A stretch of DNA of 64,000 bases from Sphyrna mokarran (GCA_024679065.1 JAGIQG010000009.1:55490001-55554000); one strand, 5' to 3'. Shown: positions 24,262 through 35,202, counted from the first letter of the stretch. The notes: a model not told the origin generated them from the sequence alone. Program-made: numbers and translations.

Positions 24262-26688
24262 CTAATCAGGTTCTTGCACTATCTCTTGTCGCATTACTTG
24301 TGAATTGCATGAATGGAAATCCAAATTCAGGACAGCTTTCAACCTTTTCCAAAAGAAGTCCTGTTGAAACTCATTCTGAGGCCATTCCAAGTAAGTGTTT
24401 CTATTCATCAGTTTCCGTAGTTTGCAAAAACGATCAGGAATGGAGTTCTTTGGAATAGGTTCTAGTAGGAGCAAGATAAGACTGTCCTTTTTGTCATCAA
24501 ATACCTGTTGGTGGGCAAAGAAGAGTTCATAGTGGCACCATTCACTTTGCACAAAGTGTCTTGAAAGAATGAATATGGTTTTGTAGCTTTTTGATATACA
24601 GTCAATGATATTGTTAATTATTGACTTTCCAGGTTTGAAGTCTCTTTCATGGATACAGATGTGGAATGGTGGGTCATTATTTTCTAACTGTACCAACAAT
24701 TTGTTCTTCACCCATGATGCGTCATGTTCACTGTATGAAATGAAAGCATTGTACTCAAATCTGTGTTCCTCCAGAGTGATATCATGACTTCTTTTAGCTT
24801 TAAGCCAGAGATAGAGTGTTCGGATATACCAGGTAATATTATACTTGATACACAGTATAATGCACACAGCTAAAAAAAGTACTACACATGCCAAAAGGAC
24901 CCCAACGAATAAGGGAATTGTGCACTCGATAGGAGAAAATTTCAGGAATTGGATAACTTGACCTTTGAATTTTTGTGGACGGTCGCATCGATACTGGTCT
25001 GGCCAATCAAGTATCACAATTTGTGTCTGCTGAACATAATTAGAGATTGACTGAACTTCACAGAAGCACTCAAAAGGATTGTTGCTGAATTTGAGTTCAG
25101 CTAGATCTAAAGACTGTAATGAGTGGATGTTTAAGTTCTGAATTTTATTGTGATTAATGTGCAAGAATTTCAGTGAATGACCCACTGGAATCTCAGGAAA
25201 AGATACTATGATGTTTGCTGTCAAAAACACTTCGTGGAGATTTCTCAGCCTTTCAAGGTTTGGGACTGTGGTGATGGAATTGTAACTCAAGTCTAGTGAT
25301 ATAAGTGATTCTGGTAAGCAGCCAAACACACTGCTTTCCAGGTTATTGTGTGAAAAATTTATGTGTGTCATAGTCTGAGGCCAATTGCAGGCTGATCCGT
25401 CCTGTAGTTCAAGACTATTCTGACAAGCACTTACACTAGACAAGTTCTCCATTTTAGATAATAATGTACTAAACTTGGGTAAATTTGAAAATTTGTTTTT
25501 ACTTGCGATGAGTGTTTTAAGTTTGGGGAAAGGAGGAATGCAATCTTTAGGAATGAAGGTGGATTCTTGAAGCAAGTTTTGGGATATGTCCAAATATCTC
25601 AGATAAGTCATTACATTTGATATCTCACATGGAATATAGAACAAATTTCCCTCAAGTATTGTTAACTCTGTCAGTTGTATAAATATATCAAGAAGATAGT
25701 CAAGTGAGTAAAAACGGTAGAAGTTTGGATTATCTACATTAATTATGTGGAGTTTGCGCAAACTAATCTGATCAGATGGAACAGAAACTATTTCCCAATT
25801 GCCAATGCCATCCATTTTAATTGATTTCAAAAATAATTCATTTATTTTTGAGCTGAGAACAAAGTTTAACAAATGAGTGGTCAAAGAATCATCAATAGTA
25901 ATATTCTGTGCTACTAGTGTTGTGATTTTTGATTTCTTCAAAGGGGAAAATAAATCTGCACCTCCTGCATTTTTGACTAAATCAGAATTTAGAATTTCCA
26001 GTGTAGTAGTTGTTGTTGGAATATCGTTGAAGAGATCGATCAGTAATTGTACTTTATGTCCAAACTTGAAATCAAAAGAAAGCTTTTCTACATTTTGCAA
26101 GGCATTAAGTGTTCCGGGTTCATATACCTGCAAATCTCCTGTAATTAAGTAAACTTCCTTAAGTGGGATTCCACGAAGTACAGATAAGGAATTGGACTTC
26201 AAGGAAGAAAGGCGAGCGTTTCCAAAGTGTAGAGAACGCAGGTTCTGTAGTTTGTTGATTTCTGCTCCAAAGTCAGCTGTATCAAATATGTTGTTGGTGA
26301 TATCAAGGTATGTTAGTGACTGAAGATGATTAAATGGCAAGGCTGAAATATTATGCAAAAAATTATTTGAAAGATCAAGATACCTTAGTTCTGAATTTTT
26401 TGAAAATGATCCAGGTTCTATCTCAGCGATGTGATTGAATTGAAGGAAAAGTTTTTTCAGCTTGGTGAAATTCTGGAAACTCTGCTGTTGAATTCTTTTG
26501 ATGCTGTTGTAAGACAAGTCCAATATCTCTATATCTGGTGCCAGGATACAATGAGAATGTGGATAGCCAATTCCTGAGCAATTCACTAAAGAAGTATCTA
26601 TCATCTTTGGTATTGCAGAACAACCAACCATAAATAAAATACTCGTCAATATAGCACCTGCTCTGAGATGTGTCATCTTGGCCTTCAT
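24262..26688 (-). CDS. Toll-like receptor, TLR1 subfamily (TLR2/TLR1-like; probable TLR27), single coding exon, 808 aa
   Basis: Signal peptide MKAKMTHLRAGAILTSILFMVGCSA; many LxxLxLxxN LRRs; LRRCT NNPFECFC..YRC..C; TM IPLFVGVLLACVVLFLAVCIILCI; TIR with YNAFISYS, RDFKPG, SEWCHYE, TYLEWP, FFW. ATG at 26688 preferred because a splice acceptor (ttacttcacag) lies 2 nt upstream. Confidence 0.97.
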   Translation of the reverse strand: MKAKMTHLRAGAILTSILFMVGCSAIPKMIDTSLVNCSGIGYPHSHCILAPDIEILDLSYNSIKRIQQQSFQNFTKLKKLFLQFNHIAEIEPGSFSKNSELRYLDLSNNFLHNISALPFNHLQSLTYLDITNNIFDTADFGAEINKLQNLRSLHFGNARLSSLKSNSLSVLRGIPLKEVYLITGDLQVYEPGTLNALQNVEKLSFDFKFGHKVQLLIDLFNDIPTTTTTLEILNSDLVKNAGGADLFSPLKKSKITTLVAQNITIDDSLTTHLLNFVLSSKINELFLKSIKMDGIGNWEIVSVPSDQISLRKLHIINVDNPNFYRFYSLDYLLDIFIQLTELTILEGNLFYIPCEISNVMTYLRYLDISQNLLQESTFIPKDCIPPFPKLKTLIASKNKFSNLPKFSTLLSKMENLSSVSACQNSLELQDGSACNWPQTMTHINFSHNNLESSVFGCLPESLISLDLSYNSITTVPNLERLRNLHEVFLTANIIVSFPEIPVGHSLKFLHINHNKIQNLNIHSLQSLDLAELKFSNNPFECFCEVQSISNYVQQTQIVILDWPDQYRCDRPQKFKGQVIQFLKFSPIECTIPLFVGVLLACVVLFLAVCIILCIKYNITWYIRTLYLWLKAKRSHDITLEEHRFEYNAFISYSEHDASWVKNKLLVQLENNDPPFHICIHERDFKPGKSIINNIIDCISKSYKTIFILSRHFVQSEWCHYELFFAHQQVFDDKKDSLILLLLEPIPKNSIPDRFCKLRKLMNRNTYLEWPQNEFQQDFFWKRLKAVLNLDFHSCNSQVMRQEIVQEPD

Positions 26689-27019
26689 ATCTGTGAAGTA
26701 AATTCTGCTTCCAAGTAACATCCCCTCTATTCATGCACTGGCCATTTTCAAACGCACCCTATTAAAAGACAAATATGAATGATAAAAATCTGGCCTTGAA
26801 GTTAAAGAAGATATTGGCAGCACCATATTCAGTGCAATCTTGGTTCTGTTTAGAAAAAAAAAATCCAGACACCAGTCACCCAAACTATGATAACTTACTT
26901 TCTATTTAAGCGTCTTAAATAGTGGCTGTGCGCTAGGCACTATGATAATCATAAATATGAGGTATTGTTGATAGTGTTTTGGGTTGTTTAAACCAAGATT
27001 AAACATCAAAAATTTAAAG

Positions 27020-28505
27020 AGCAAGAGGCCGTTTGGTCCACCATATCTATGGCTGAACAAGAATTTTTAGCATTATTCTATCTTCCACCTTTTAATCCAT
27101 AGCCATTTAGGTTACAGGACTTCAGCTGCATGCTCAAGTTCTTCAGGATGCAAGTTATGTACTACCATCATTTCAGTTATTGAACTTCAATGCTGATGGC
27201 TCTCTGCGTGAAAATGCTTCTCCTTAACTCCCCTCTAATCCTTCTTTAAAGCTATTCCTTTGGTTAATAACCCCTCTGCTAAGAGAATTTAGCATTCTAT
27301 CTAGACGTATGAGACCTACGCTGTACTAAAGAAAGCAATCTAGCCTTTCTAATCTTTTCAAATAGCTAAAATTCACCATTCCTGGCAACATTCTTGTAAA
27401 TGTCTTTCTACAATCTTGCTCATTCTCTTGTAAACACATTCTTCTTGCATAATACGATCAGAGCTGCATTCAGTATTCTGGCTGAGGCCTGACTAGTGTT
27501 TCATACAAATCCTGTAACATCTTTGTTCTTACTTTTTGTGCCTTGGCTAATAAAGGTAAGTATTCCCTTAATCACCTGATCTATCTGGCTCACTACAATC
27601 AGGGATCTGTGTATTTGCAATCCAGTGTCCCTCTGTTCCACTATATTACTTAGCATCCTACTATTTATTGAGTACTCTCTTGCCTTCTCTTTCCAAAATT
27701 GTCTTGTCATTTGCCACTCTTTAGCTCCTATAATCTATATTGATTGTTCTTGCTATCAACCACAGTGTCTTTTTTAAATATTATCAACAAACTTTTCAAA
27801 CATGATTCCTTCATTTAATCCAAGTCAAAAATGTAGGACCTAATATAGAACCCTTCAGAATCCCATTGGAAACCACCTTCCAGTTAGAAAAATCACCAAT
27901 CAACATTACCCTTTGTTTCCTGGCATTGCATAGTATTTGATCCAATTTCCACTTTCCTTTGGAACTCATGGATTTCTACTACTTTGATGGGTTTGCTGTT
28001 TGAATCTTTTTCCAATGATCAATCTTGCAAAATCTATGTACGCTACAACAAACATGTCACCTACATCCAAAAAAATTCAAGTCACTCAAGGCTTCTGTTA
28101 ACAAATCCATGCAAATTGTCATTGATTAATCTGTGCTCTGCTGAATGATTAATACCGCCCCTCAGATGTTTGTCCAATAATTTGTCTACTGAGGTAAGGA
28201 AACTGTTCTGTAATTACAACATTATCTTTCCTTTTTTTTAACAATGGGATGACATTACTGGTCTTGCAGCCCTCTGGTACCACGGCTGTAGTCAGAGAGA
28301 ATTGGAAAATGGTGGTTAGAACCTCCTCCCCCAAAATTATTTCCTTCCTTCCTTCCTTCCTTCCTTTTAGCAGCTTGGAATGCATTTCACCTGGGCCTGC
28401 CAAATCATATAGATGCAAAGATGTTTACAGCCCTTAATATTTCCTCTCTTTATGTTTATCCCATCCAATATTTCTCACTCCTCCTTAACTACAATATCTG
28501 CATCA
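27020..28505 (-). mobile_element. Degenerate CR1 LINE (RT and 3' end)
   Basis: GPGEMHSKLLK...IFQFSLTT.VVPE.C.TSNVIPLLKK; YSINSRMLSNIVEQRD.GLQIHRSL; CR1 tail near 27020. Confidence 0.8.
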
Positions 28506-29703
28506 GGAGGGTGGAATTTTAACTGTGGCATGCTACTTTTGATGGTGTAACCCCAAATGTGAGCCATTTCTGCACTCTTGCCCTTATTTCCCACATGGTT
28601 CCAAATATAAATGTAAGTATTGGTAGTGTGTATGGGACACGGGAGAGAAGCTTTGCATTGGTCAAACCCATCATCAGCAGACAATGCTGCAGCTAATCGT
28701 AGGCTGCAAAAGAGCTTCCTGAACAAAAGCCACAATTTGGCTGCTAAATGCCAATACCTGTTTTCTATGATGCCTGCCTTGGATACTCTGCTGGTGCTGC
28801 CTGCTACTGTTGTTGCAGCCTTTGTTGTTAACTGGCAAGAGCCGTCCTTTACACGCTCTCCTCCTGAGACTATAGGAATATTGGGTATATGACAGCCATT
28901 GATATTCTAGCAATTGAACTCTGTAAAGCAGGCAGACAACTTTGAGAACACATGTCCATAGAAAAAAATCCATGGAATGGATGAGTATTGAGGTTTTCAA
29001 CATCTTTCATTATCCACAAACAAAACTCGCACTGGGTCCTCCCACTTCCATCTCCAGGCCTGGCACCGTATGTGCTTCTGGAGACGTAGTGAAGCTGGTC
29101 ATTGGAAGATTTGTAATAAAATCTATTCCTCTTCCTGCTTCTCCTATTACTTTTAAGCTTGTCCCCACTGACCATCCCAGTATAACTAATACAATAGGCC
29201 CTTCCTTCGACTCCTTGATACCATTGACCACACATTTTATTTCATTGGATCTTTCTTTCACTCCTCCATGCCCCCCGATGGCCCACCCCACTCTCAACAC
29301 GATTCATGCAAGCTGCCATTCTCTTGCATCACTCCCTTGTGCCACAGAGTTCAGCAAAGAAAACCAATGATCTCTGACACAACTGCACAAATCCAACTGC
29401 ATGTTATCTTTAAACTAATATGAACCAGGTGCCAAGAGGTTCTCATATGCTGCTGACTTTATCTTGACGGTGGGATGTAATTATAAAATGTTTCACACTA
29501 ATGAATAATCATGAAAGGTGAATATATTACAATTACAAATCTGACATGTCCCATAAACATGCCACTGCCTTAATCTTTGCATTTCAGCCCACTGTCAGGA
29601 ATTTTGACTTTGCCTAATTCAGACACTGTGCTGCTTACTCTTGCAGCTCCATAAATTCTCCCCTGAGTATTAATTAAAAACCATGCTTACACCTTCCGTC
29701 TCC

Positions 29704-30480
29704 TGTTATGGTTCAAGTCAGAAGCTCCAAAGTTTTATGGTGTTTGTCTGGCTCATAAGTTTTGCATCTTGAATTTGATTAGGATAAGCAAATGGCTTGG
29801 ATATGATTCAAATGACCCACTAGGGAACTTTTATCAAACAAAGTTTATTTAAGAATATAGTTAATGTGTCGCAAGAATATTAGCAAGAACTGTTACTAAT
29901 TACAAACAAATCAACCACAATAATGTATAACCCTTATATCTATCTAAGACATTCCAATCAAACCAGAACTTCCCCTAAACAAAACCCTTCCACAGGTTTA
30001 ACATAACAAAGGCTAATGCTCACGTGATACTGGAATTGAGTCCTTTGGTTGAATGAATTGATTTTGGTTGAATTTGTTTCTCTTGAAACACTGAGTTTGA
30101 ATCCGATCAGCTTCCCTGAATACCAGAGAAACTCCGGTCAAGCCAGTGACAGCAGACTTCCTACTCCAGGAAGGCTTTCAGCTCAACTAGCAGAATTTCC
30201 CAAAAGAGAGAGACTTCTTTCCAACTTCCCTCCGAAACTAAAATCCGCAGCTCAGAATTGAAAGTGGAAGAGTTCCTGTCACCTGTGAACATGTTTCCTC
30301 CTGACAATGCAGGATCATAAAACTAATTTCTTTAGTAAAAATAAACAATCTACATTTAAGCCACTTAAGGAGCAATGAAAGGACTCCTTGTAGTCAGCTC
30401 GGCAACAATGGCATTAACTAAGGATGTGAGTTACTGAGAACATGATTTAAAAAAAACTCAAAAGATGCACTAATGTCACA
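29704..30480 (-). mobile_element. Solo LTR (777 bp) with 4-bp TSD CTCC, Gypsy-like
   Basis: TGTTA...TCACA termini; CTCC at 29700-29703 and 30481-30484; AATAAA on the minus strand near 29845. Confidence 0.85.
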
Positions 30481-31176
30481 CTCCATATATATGTTCCCTG
30501 CTTGGCCTCTAACTCTGTCTATAATTATCTGTCTGCTCTTTACTGTATCTTTACAATATCCTTGATTTTATTGCCAATATTTTTTCAAGCTGTCCCTGTT
30601 TCCTCAATGCCCTTTTTAATTTCACTCACGTATTTTCCATAGTTCTCTGGGCATTCTGCAGTTTTGAGGTCTTGGGAGCTGACCTAAGTTTTCTTTTTTA
30701 TCTGACAATGGTATCATAGAACTGAGATTTTGATTAACTTTACAAAATTATTGTGAATAAGTTTAAATGTATATACATAGATCAGATAAGTTGATTTTGT
30801 ACTTGCCTTGCAAACTCTTCAGAATAAACAAGTAACTCATTTTTGATGGTGAAACATCAAAGCCTATTTATATCATCAGACTGTAGGGATGTGGGTCCAC
30901 AACGTTTATGGTCTTACCAGGCAGAGAAACCAATAGATGCCATTAATCCAAATAACAGATTATACAGACCATCCGTACAATTTTTTTTTGTATAACTCAC
31001 GTTGCTGACAAAGCTAATTTCAATCCTGGACACTCTGATTAGCATTCTCTCCAATGTGAACAAAGTTGCCATTAACTTTTCAGTTTTGATGGGCGGCAAT
31101 AGGAATTTAAAGTATTGTGAAACTTACACAATCATTTCGTTTTGACTTGAGCCTTCCACTGCAACACTGGAAAAAG

Positions 31177-31354
31177 AAAACAGGAAATGCTGGAAAACCT
31201 CAGCAGGTCTGACAGCACTTGTGGGGATAGAATGGAGCCAACGTTTTTGAGTCTGGATTACACCTTATAGAGTATCCAGATTCCAAAAATTGGCTCCATT
31301 CTATCCCCACAAGTGCTGTCAGACCTGCTGAGATTTTCCAGCATTTCCTGTTTT
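31177..31354. repeat. Near-perfect palindrome (~80-bp arms) derived from a Penelope-type terminal repeat
   Basis: aaaacaggaaatgctggaaaacctcagcaggtctgacagcacttgtggggatagaatggagccaa is reverse-complemented at ~31289-31354. Confidence 0.9.
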
Positions 31355-31749
31355 TGGTTTAGATTCCAGCTTTGGCAGTAGTTTGCTTTTACCAATGTTA
31401 TAGACATACAATTCGAATTATGTAAATTTTCCAGGAATTCTTAGCTATTGACTTTAAGGATTTAATTATAACTCCCACTTTCTAGTTAGGGAAGTGCTGC
31501 TGGTGTGAGATGGGTTTACACCGTTCCCATTGACCTGGTTTTCGTTTTCTGCTCCCGCTCAGTGTTTTGTGCTTGTGCACGATTTCTATTTGACCTTTTC
31601 TCCCTTTGTTATCCTCTTTGTCTCACATATCTTTAATTGCAACCATTGCATCTCCCTTTTCTTCAGTCAAGGTATCACTTTAGCCTTTATTCAAATCACA
31701 TTTTTCATTTAGGTGCTTGAAATCTTAAAGGAAAAAGGGGAGTTTTTCG

Positions 31750-32530
31750 ACTTATCGTATTTGTGCCAGCTGGGTGCAAGGAGCTATCTAACGAGTCCCA
31801 CTCCCCTACTCTTTCATTGCAGCCTTTGCGAGTTTCTTAATTACACTGTTGTTCACCTAAGAAATAGAAGGAAGTTCGTTGTTGGATGTGAACAATCTTC
31901 AGTTACTTTCCCGAACGTTATCTTGGTGACTTCAAGTCTAGTCCTTCAAAATTGGGAGGCCATTTTCTTGAATTGAAGTAGGTTTTCCATTTTAGTGGGC
32001 AGCATCTCCGTGTTTTTTCACGCGTCAATCTGTTGACATTGTTGGCACACGTGGAGCTATCTTCGAATTGATCCCGCTGTGATCTTTGTCCAGTCATTAA
32101 GCTGATTTCACTCTCCGCCTTATACTCACTTTGTCACTAACCTGAAGTAAGCGCACAGATTGCTGTAGAAAGGCCCCTGTGGTGGCAGTGCTACCCGTTC
32201 AAGACGCACCTTTTCCTGTAGTTTCTCGTTTCCTCCAGCGACGTCCCGAAACTGCCTGCTAATATTTCCGAAATTGCCCAACACTCGTCTAAATCGAAAA
32301 GACCCACCTTGTGTGGCTTGCAAAAGTCACACAATTTGCAAAAAACATAACTCCTCTTCTGCTTGATTAAGCAATAGTTTGAGTATAAGGAAACTAGTTT
32401 TAATAACTAGTTCTAATAAAGCAGTACGGGGTGGTTTGATGCGCAGAAACACGTCACCGCATGCATCTTTTATCTCCTCCTCCTGAGTGATATATAGTTC
32501 GACCCACCCTGCCTGAATCCTACCTTGCAA
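31750..32530 (-). promoter_or_regulatory. Candidate promoter / first non-coding exon of the TLR gene
   Basis: Local CpG enrichment in non-repetitive DNA; TATA-like TATATA near 32490; GTGAGT donor at 32129; ISRE-like GGAAACGAGAAACT at 32220-32233. Confidence 0.45.
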
Positions 32531-32804
32531 GAACTACTCAATTACTTCCATTCTATTCTTCTTCCTCCTTTCTTTGCATGCTAATTTCTTTTTTCAAATT
32601 TTGAAAATTATTATTAATCTATTTCCCTCACTCATCACAATCCAGGCCATAACTTGCTGGGTAAAATAAAGTTTTATTTCCCTTTTTTTTGATTTCTTTG
32701 CCAATTTTCTTCAATCTATTAAATATTCTTTTAGCAATTCAGAATGTGAATATATAGATTCATAGTTGGTTTATAAACCTAAACAGTGGTATTCTTAATG
32801 TCAT

Positions 32805-32945
32805 AACTGGAGAGTAGTTTTGTCAATGTAGTTTATATGGCTTTCAACAAAGCCTTTGACAAGGTCCCACATGGGAAACTTGTAAAGGTAAGTTTACAGG
32901 TAATTTGATAAAGTAGATTCAAAATTGGCTCAGTTGTAGGACACA
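32805..32945 (+). mobile_element. CR1 RT fragment
   Basis: gtagtttatatggctttcaacaaagcctttgacaaggtcccacatggg encodes VVYMAFNKAFDKVPHG. Confidence 0.75.
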
Positions 32946-32997
32946 CTAAGAAGTCTGCAACACCAGTTTTAAATCCAACTGATTTATTTGATAGTAA

Positions 32998-33037
32998 ACT
33001 TGCAAGCTTTCGGCTTTATAGCCTTTGTCAGGCAAAT
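32998..33037 (-). ncRNA. Minimal type-I hammerhead ribozyme relic (single core mutation, CUGACAA)
   Basis: Minus strand: atttgc-CTGACAA-a-ggct-ataa-agcc-GAAA-gctt-gcaagt; 6-bp stem I, 4-bp stem II, palindromic AGCT. Confidence 0.75.
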
Positions 33038-33194
33038 GAGGTGTTCTGGTCTCCAAAAGCACACACATTAGCAAAGACAGTTTACAGACTACTGATTAGA
33101 ATGTGAATCTTTACATCTAACCTGCTATTCAAGTGCTGATATGTGTGCTTTTGGAGCATCTTAGAGTTATGTTTGCTGCCATAGAAATGGATCG

Positions 33195-33625
33195 TGAGGA
33201 CCTGGGGTGGTAAACAGGGAGGAGGTAAAGGGGCAAGTGTTGCACCCTCTACAATTGCATGGGAAGGTGCCATGAGTAGGGGATGAGGTGTTGGGTGTGA
33301 TGGAGGAGTGGATCAGTGTGTCCTGTAGAGAACAGTACCTGTGCAATGCTGACAGGAAGACTGAAGAGAAGATGTGTTGCATGGTGGCATCATGCTGAAG
33401 TTGGCAGAAATGGTGGAGGATGAGCTTTTGACTGCTGATAAGGTGAAAAGTGAGGGTAAAGGGGATCCTGTCCTGATTCCAGGAAGGAGGGGAGTGGGTT
33501 GAGACCAGTGGCCCAGGAGAATAGGTCAGACACAGTTGAAACCATGATTGAGGAAGATGGAAGACATATCTGCAGTGCTTTTTGAAAAGTGGCATCATCA
33601 AAATGGATGCAGAGAGGGGAAGTGA
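33195..33625 (-). mobile_element. Penelope-like element ORF fragment (RT-endonuclease linker)
   Basis: RIPFTLTFH...HFCQLQHD...HIF...SLQDTLIHS...GTFPCNCRGCNTCPF, the Cys-rich linker of Penelope-like elements. Confidence 0.75.
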
Positions 33626-34897
33626 GAAAAATCCATCCTGTCCATCTAATCATCTGTTTAAGTAAAAAATAGGTGCAAGTTATAGCCCAATATCCTTCCT
33701 GTCCCCTTGCACTATGATGAAGCTGATTTTCTGCAGAGTATCCTGCTCAACTGGTTTTCAAGCTAATTTAAACTAAATTAAACGAATTAAATTGGGGACA
33801 TTCAGTCACAGATGACTCACATTATGCTAGTCAGAAAAAAAGATATGTGATATTGGAAACACCTGAGCTTGAGGACATAGGCTGAAGTAAAATCTACACT
33901 TAGATATGAGCCTGTGAATTTTTTTTATCTTTGTAATCTCCAGTGGAGAGATCAGGCAATTTTCTTACCCCAAGTGCTACGAGGTATGGATTAGACATAG
34001 ATTTGAGGTAAGCTTTGAGGTCTTCTTATCAAGATGTCTGAGCCTATAGGGAGTAATCTTGGACTTTGAACTTCAAATGAAACAATGGCTGGTCTTTCCA
34101 TTCCTGTTCTTGTTGGGCAGGTTTGGTGATGACTGATGTTGACATTGATGTTCGACGTTGGCATGAAATATTTCGACAGTTGTCCCCCATTAAAGAGAGC
34201 TGTGTTTTCTGCCTTTGAATGTTGGGAACCTAATTTGCATCTCACTATTGAGCTTTTTTGTCAGAATCATACACTACCATCAAAAATCCATTCACAGAGG
34301 GATGTCAGAACAACACCAAAGCGCAAGTGGTACCTAGTGTGCAGACCTTAGGGCAACCTGGAGGTTACCTCGGCCATATTTGGGGGGAGGGGAATATCAG
34401 AGTTTGATTTGGAGAACACCAGGCTTCATTAGTGGTTACTGGTGTTTGACTGGAAGAGAGTTTGGTGACTTTATATCAAGCTGGGGCCTAGGCAGGTGAG
34501 ACCTATGGGTTGACTCCAGAGACTATCAAATGTGACAAGTACCATTCTTGTGGATGCTTTTTGCTGCTGGGCCATGAACCTCTTGAAAGGGCCTCACAAT
34601 GAAAGCGAAGCCAGAATGAGTGCGGTGGGGATGTTGGGAGTCATCACAGACAGGCAGTTCCACTTAAATCTGCAACGGTGGTGGCTTCTGGAGATAACAT
34701 GTTAAGGTCAAAACTAATTGGAAAAACTTGTCGGTCATCAGTATTCCAGCTGTAACACAATTGACATCATACCCACTTACGTGCCACTTCTGTGTGATAA
34801 ATATAACTGGTGAGATTTTCCACTCAATCTGCACTATGTTTCACAGCAGTGGCCTGCCATTGGTTGCTGGAAGGATCTTTTTGTCCTGCCTTTTGTA

Positions 34898-35202
34898 ATA
34901 GAATCTCTACAATGTACAAGGAGGCCATTCAGCCCATGGAGTCTGCATCGACAACCATCCCACCCAGGCCCCATCAACATAGCCCCATGCTAACTAGTTC
35001 CCCCTGACACTAAGGGGCAATTTAGTGTGGCCAATCCACTTAACCTGCATATCTTTGAACTGTGGGGGGAAACCGGAACACCCGGAGGAAACCCATGCAG
35101 ACACAGGGAGAATGTGCGAACTCCACACAGACAGTGATCAATGCCAGGAATTGAACCCGGTTCTTGCACTATGAGGCAACAGTGCTAATCACTGTGCTAA
35201 CC
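34898..35202 (-). mobile_element. HE1-type SINE
   Basis: Reverse complement of head, V-domain and tail. Confidence 0.9.

Noticed and set aside
26689-26721. ORF-track start MLLGSRIYFTD for the TLR
   Set aside because: Lies upstream of a good splice acceptor (ttacttcacag) and precedes the signal peptide; probably intronic
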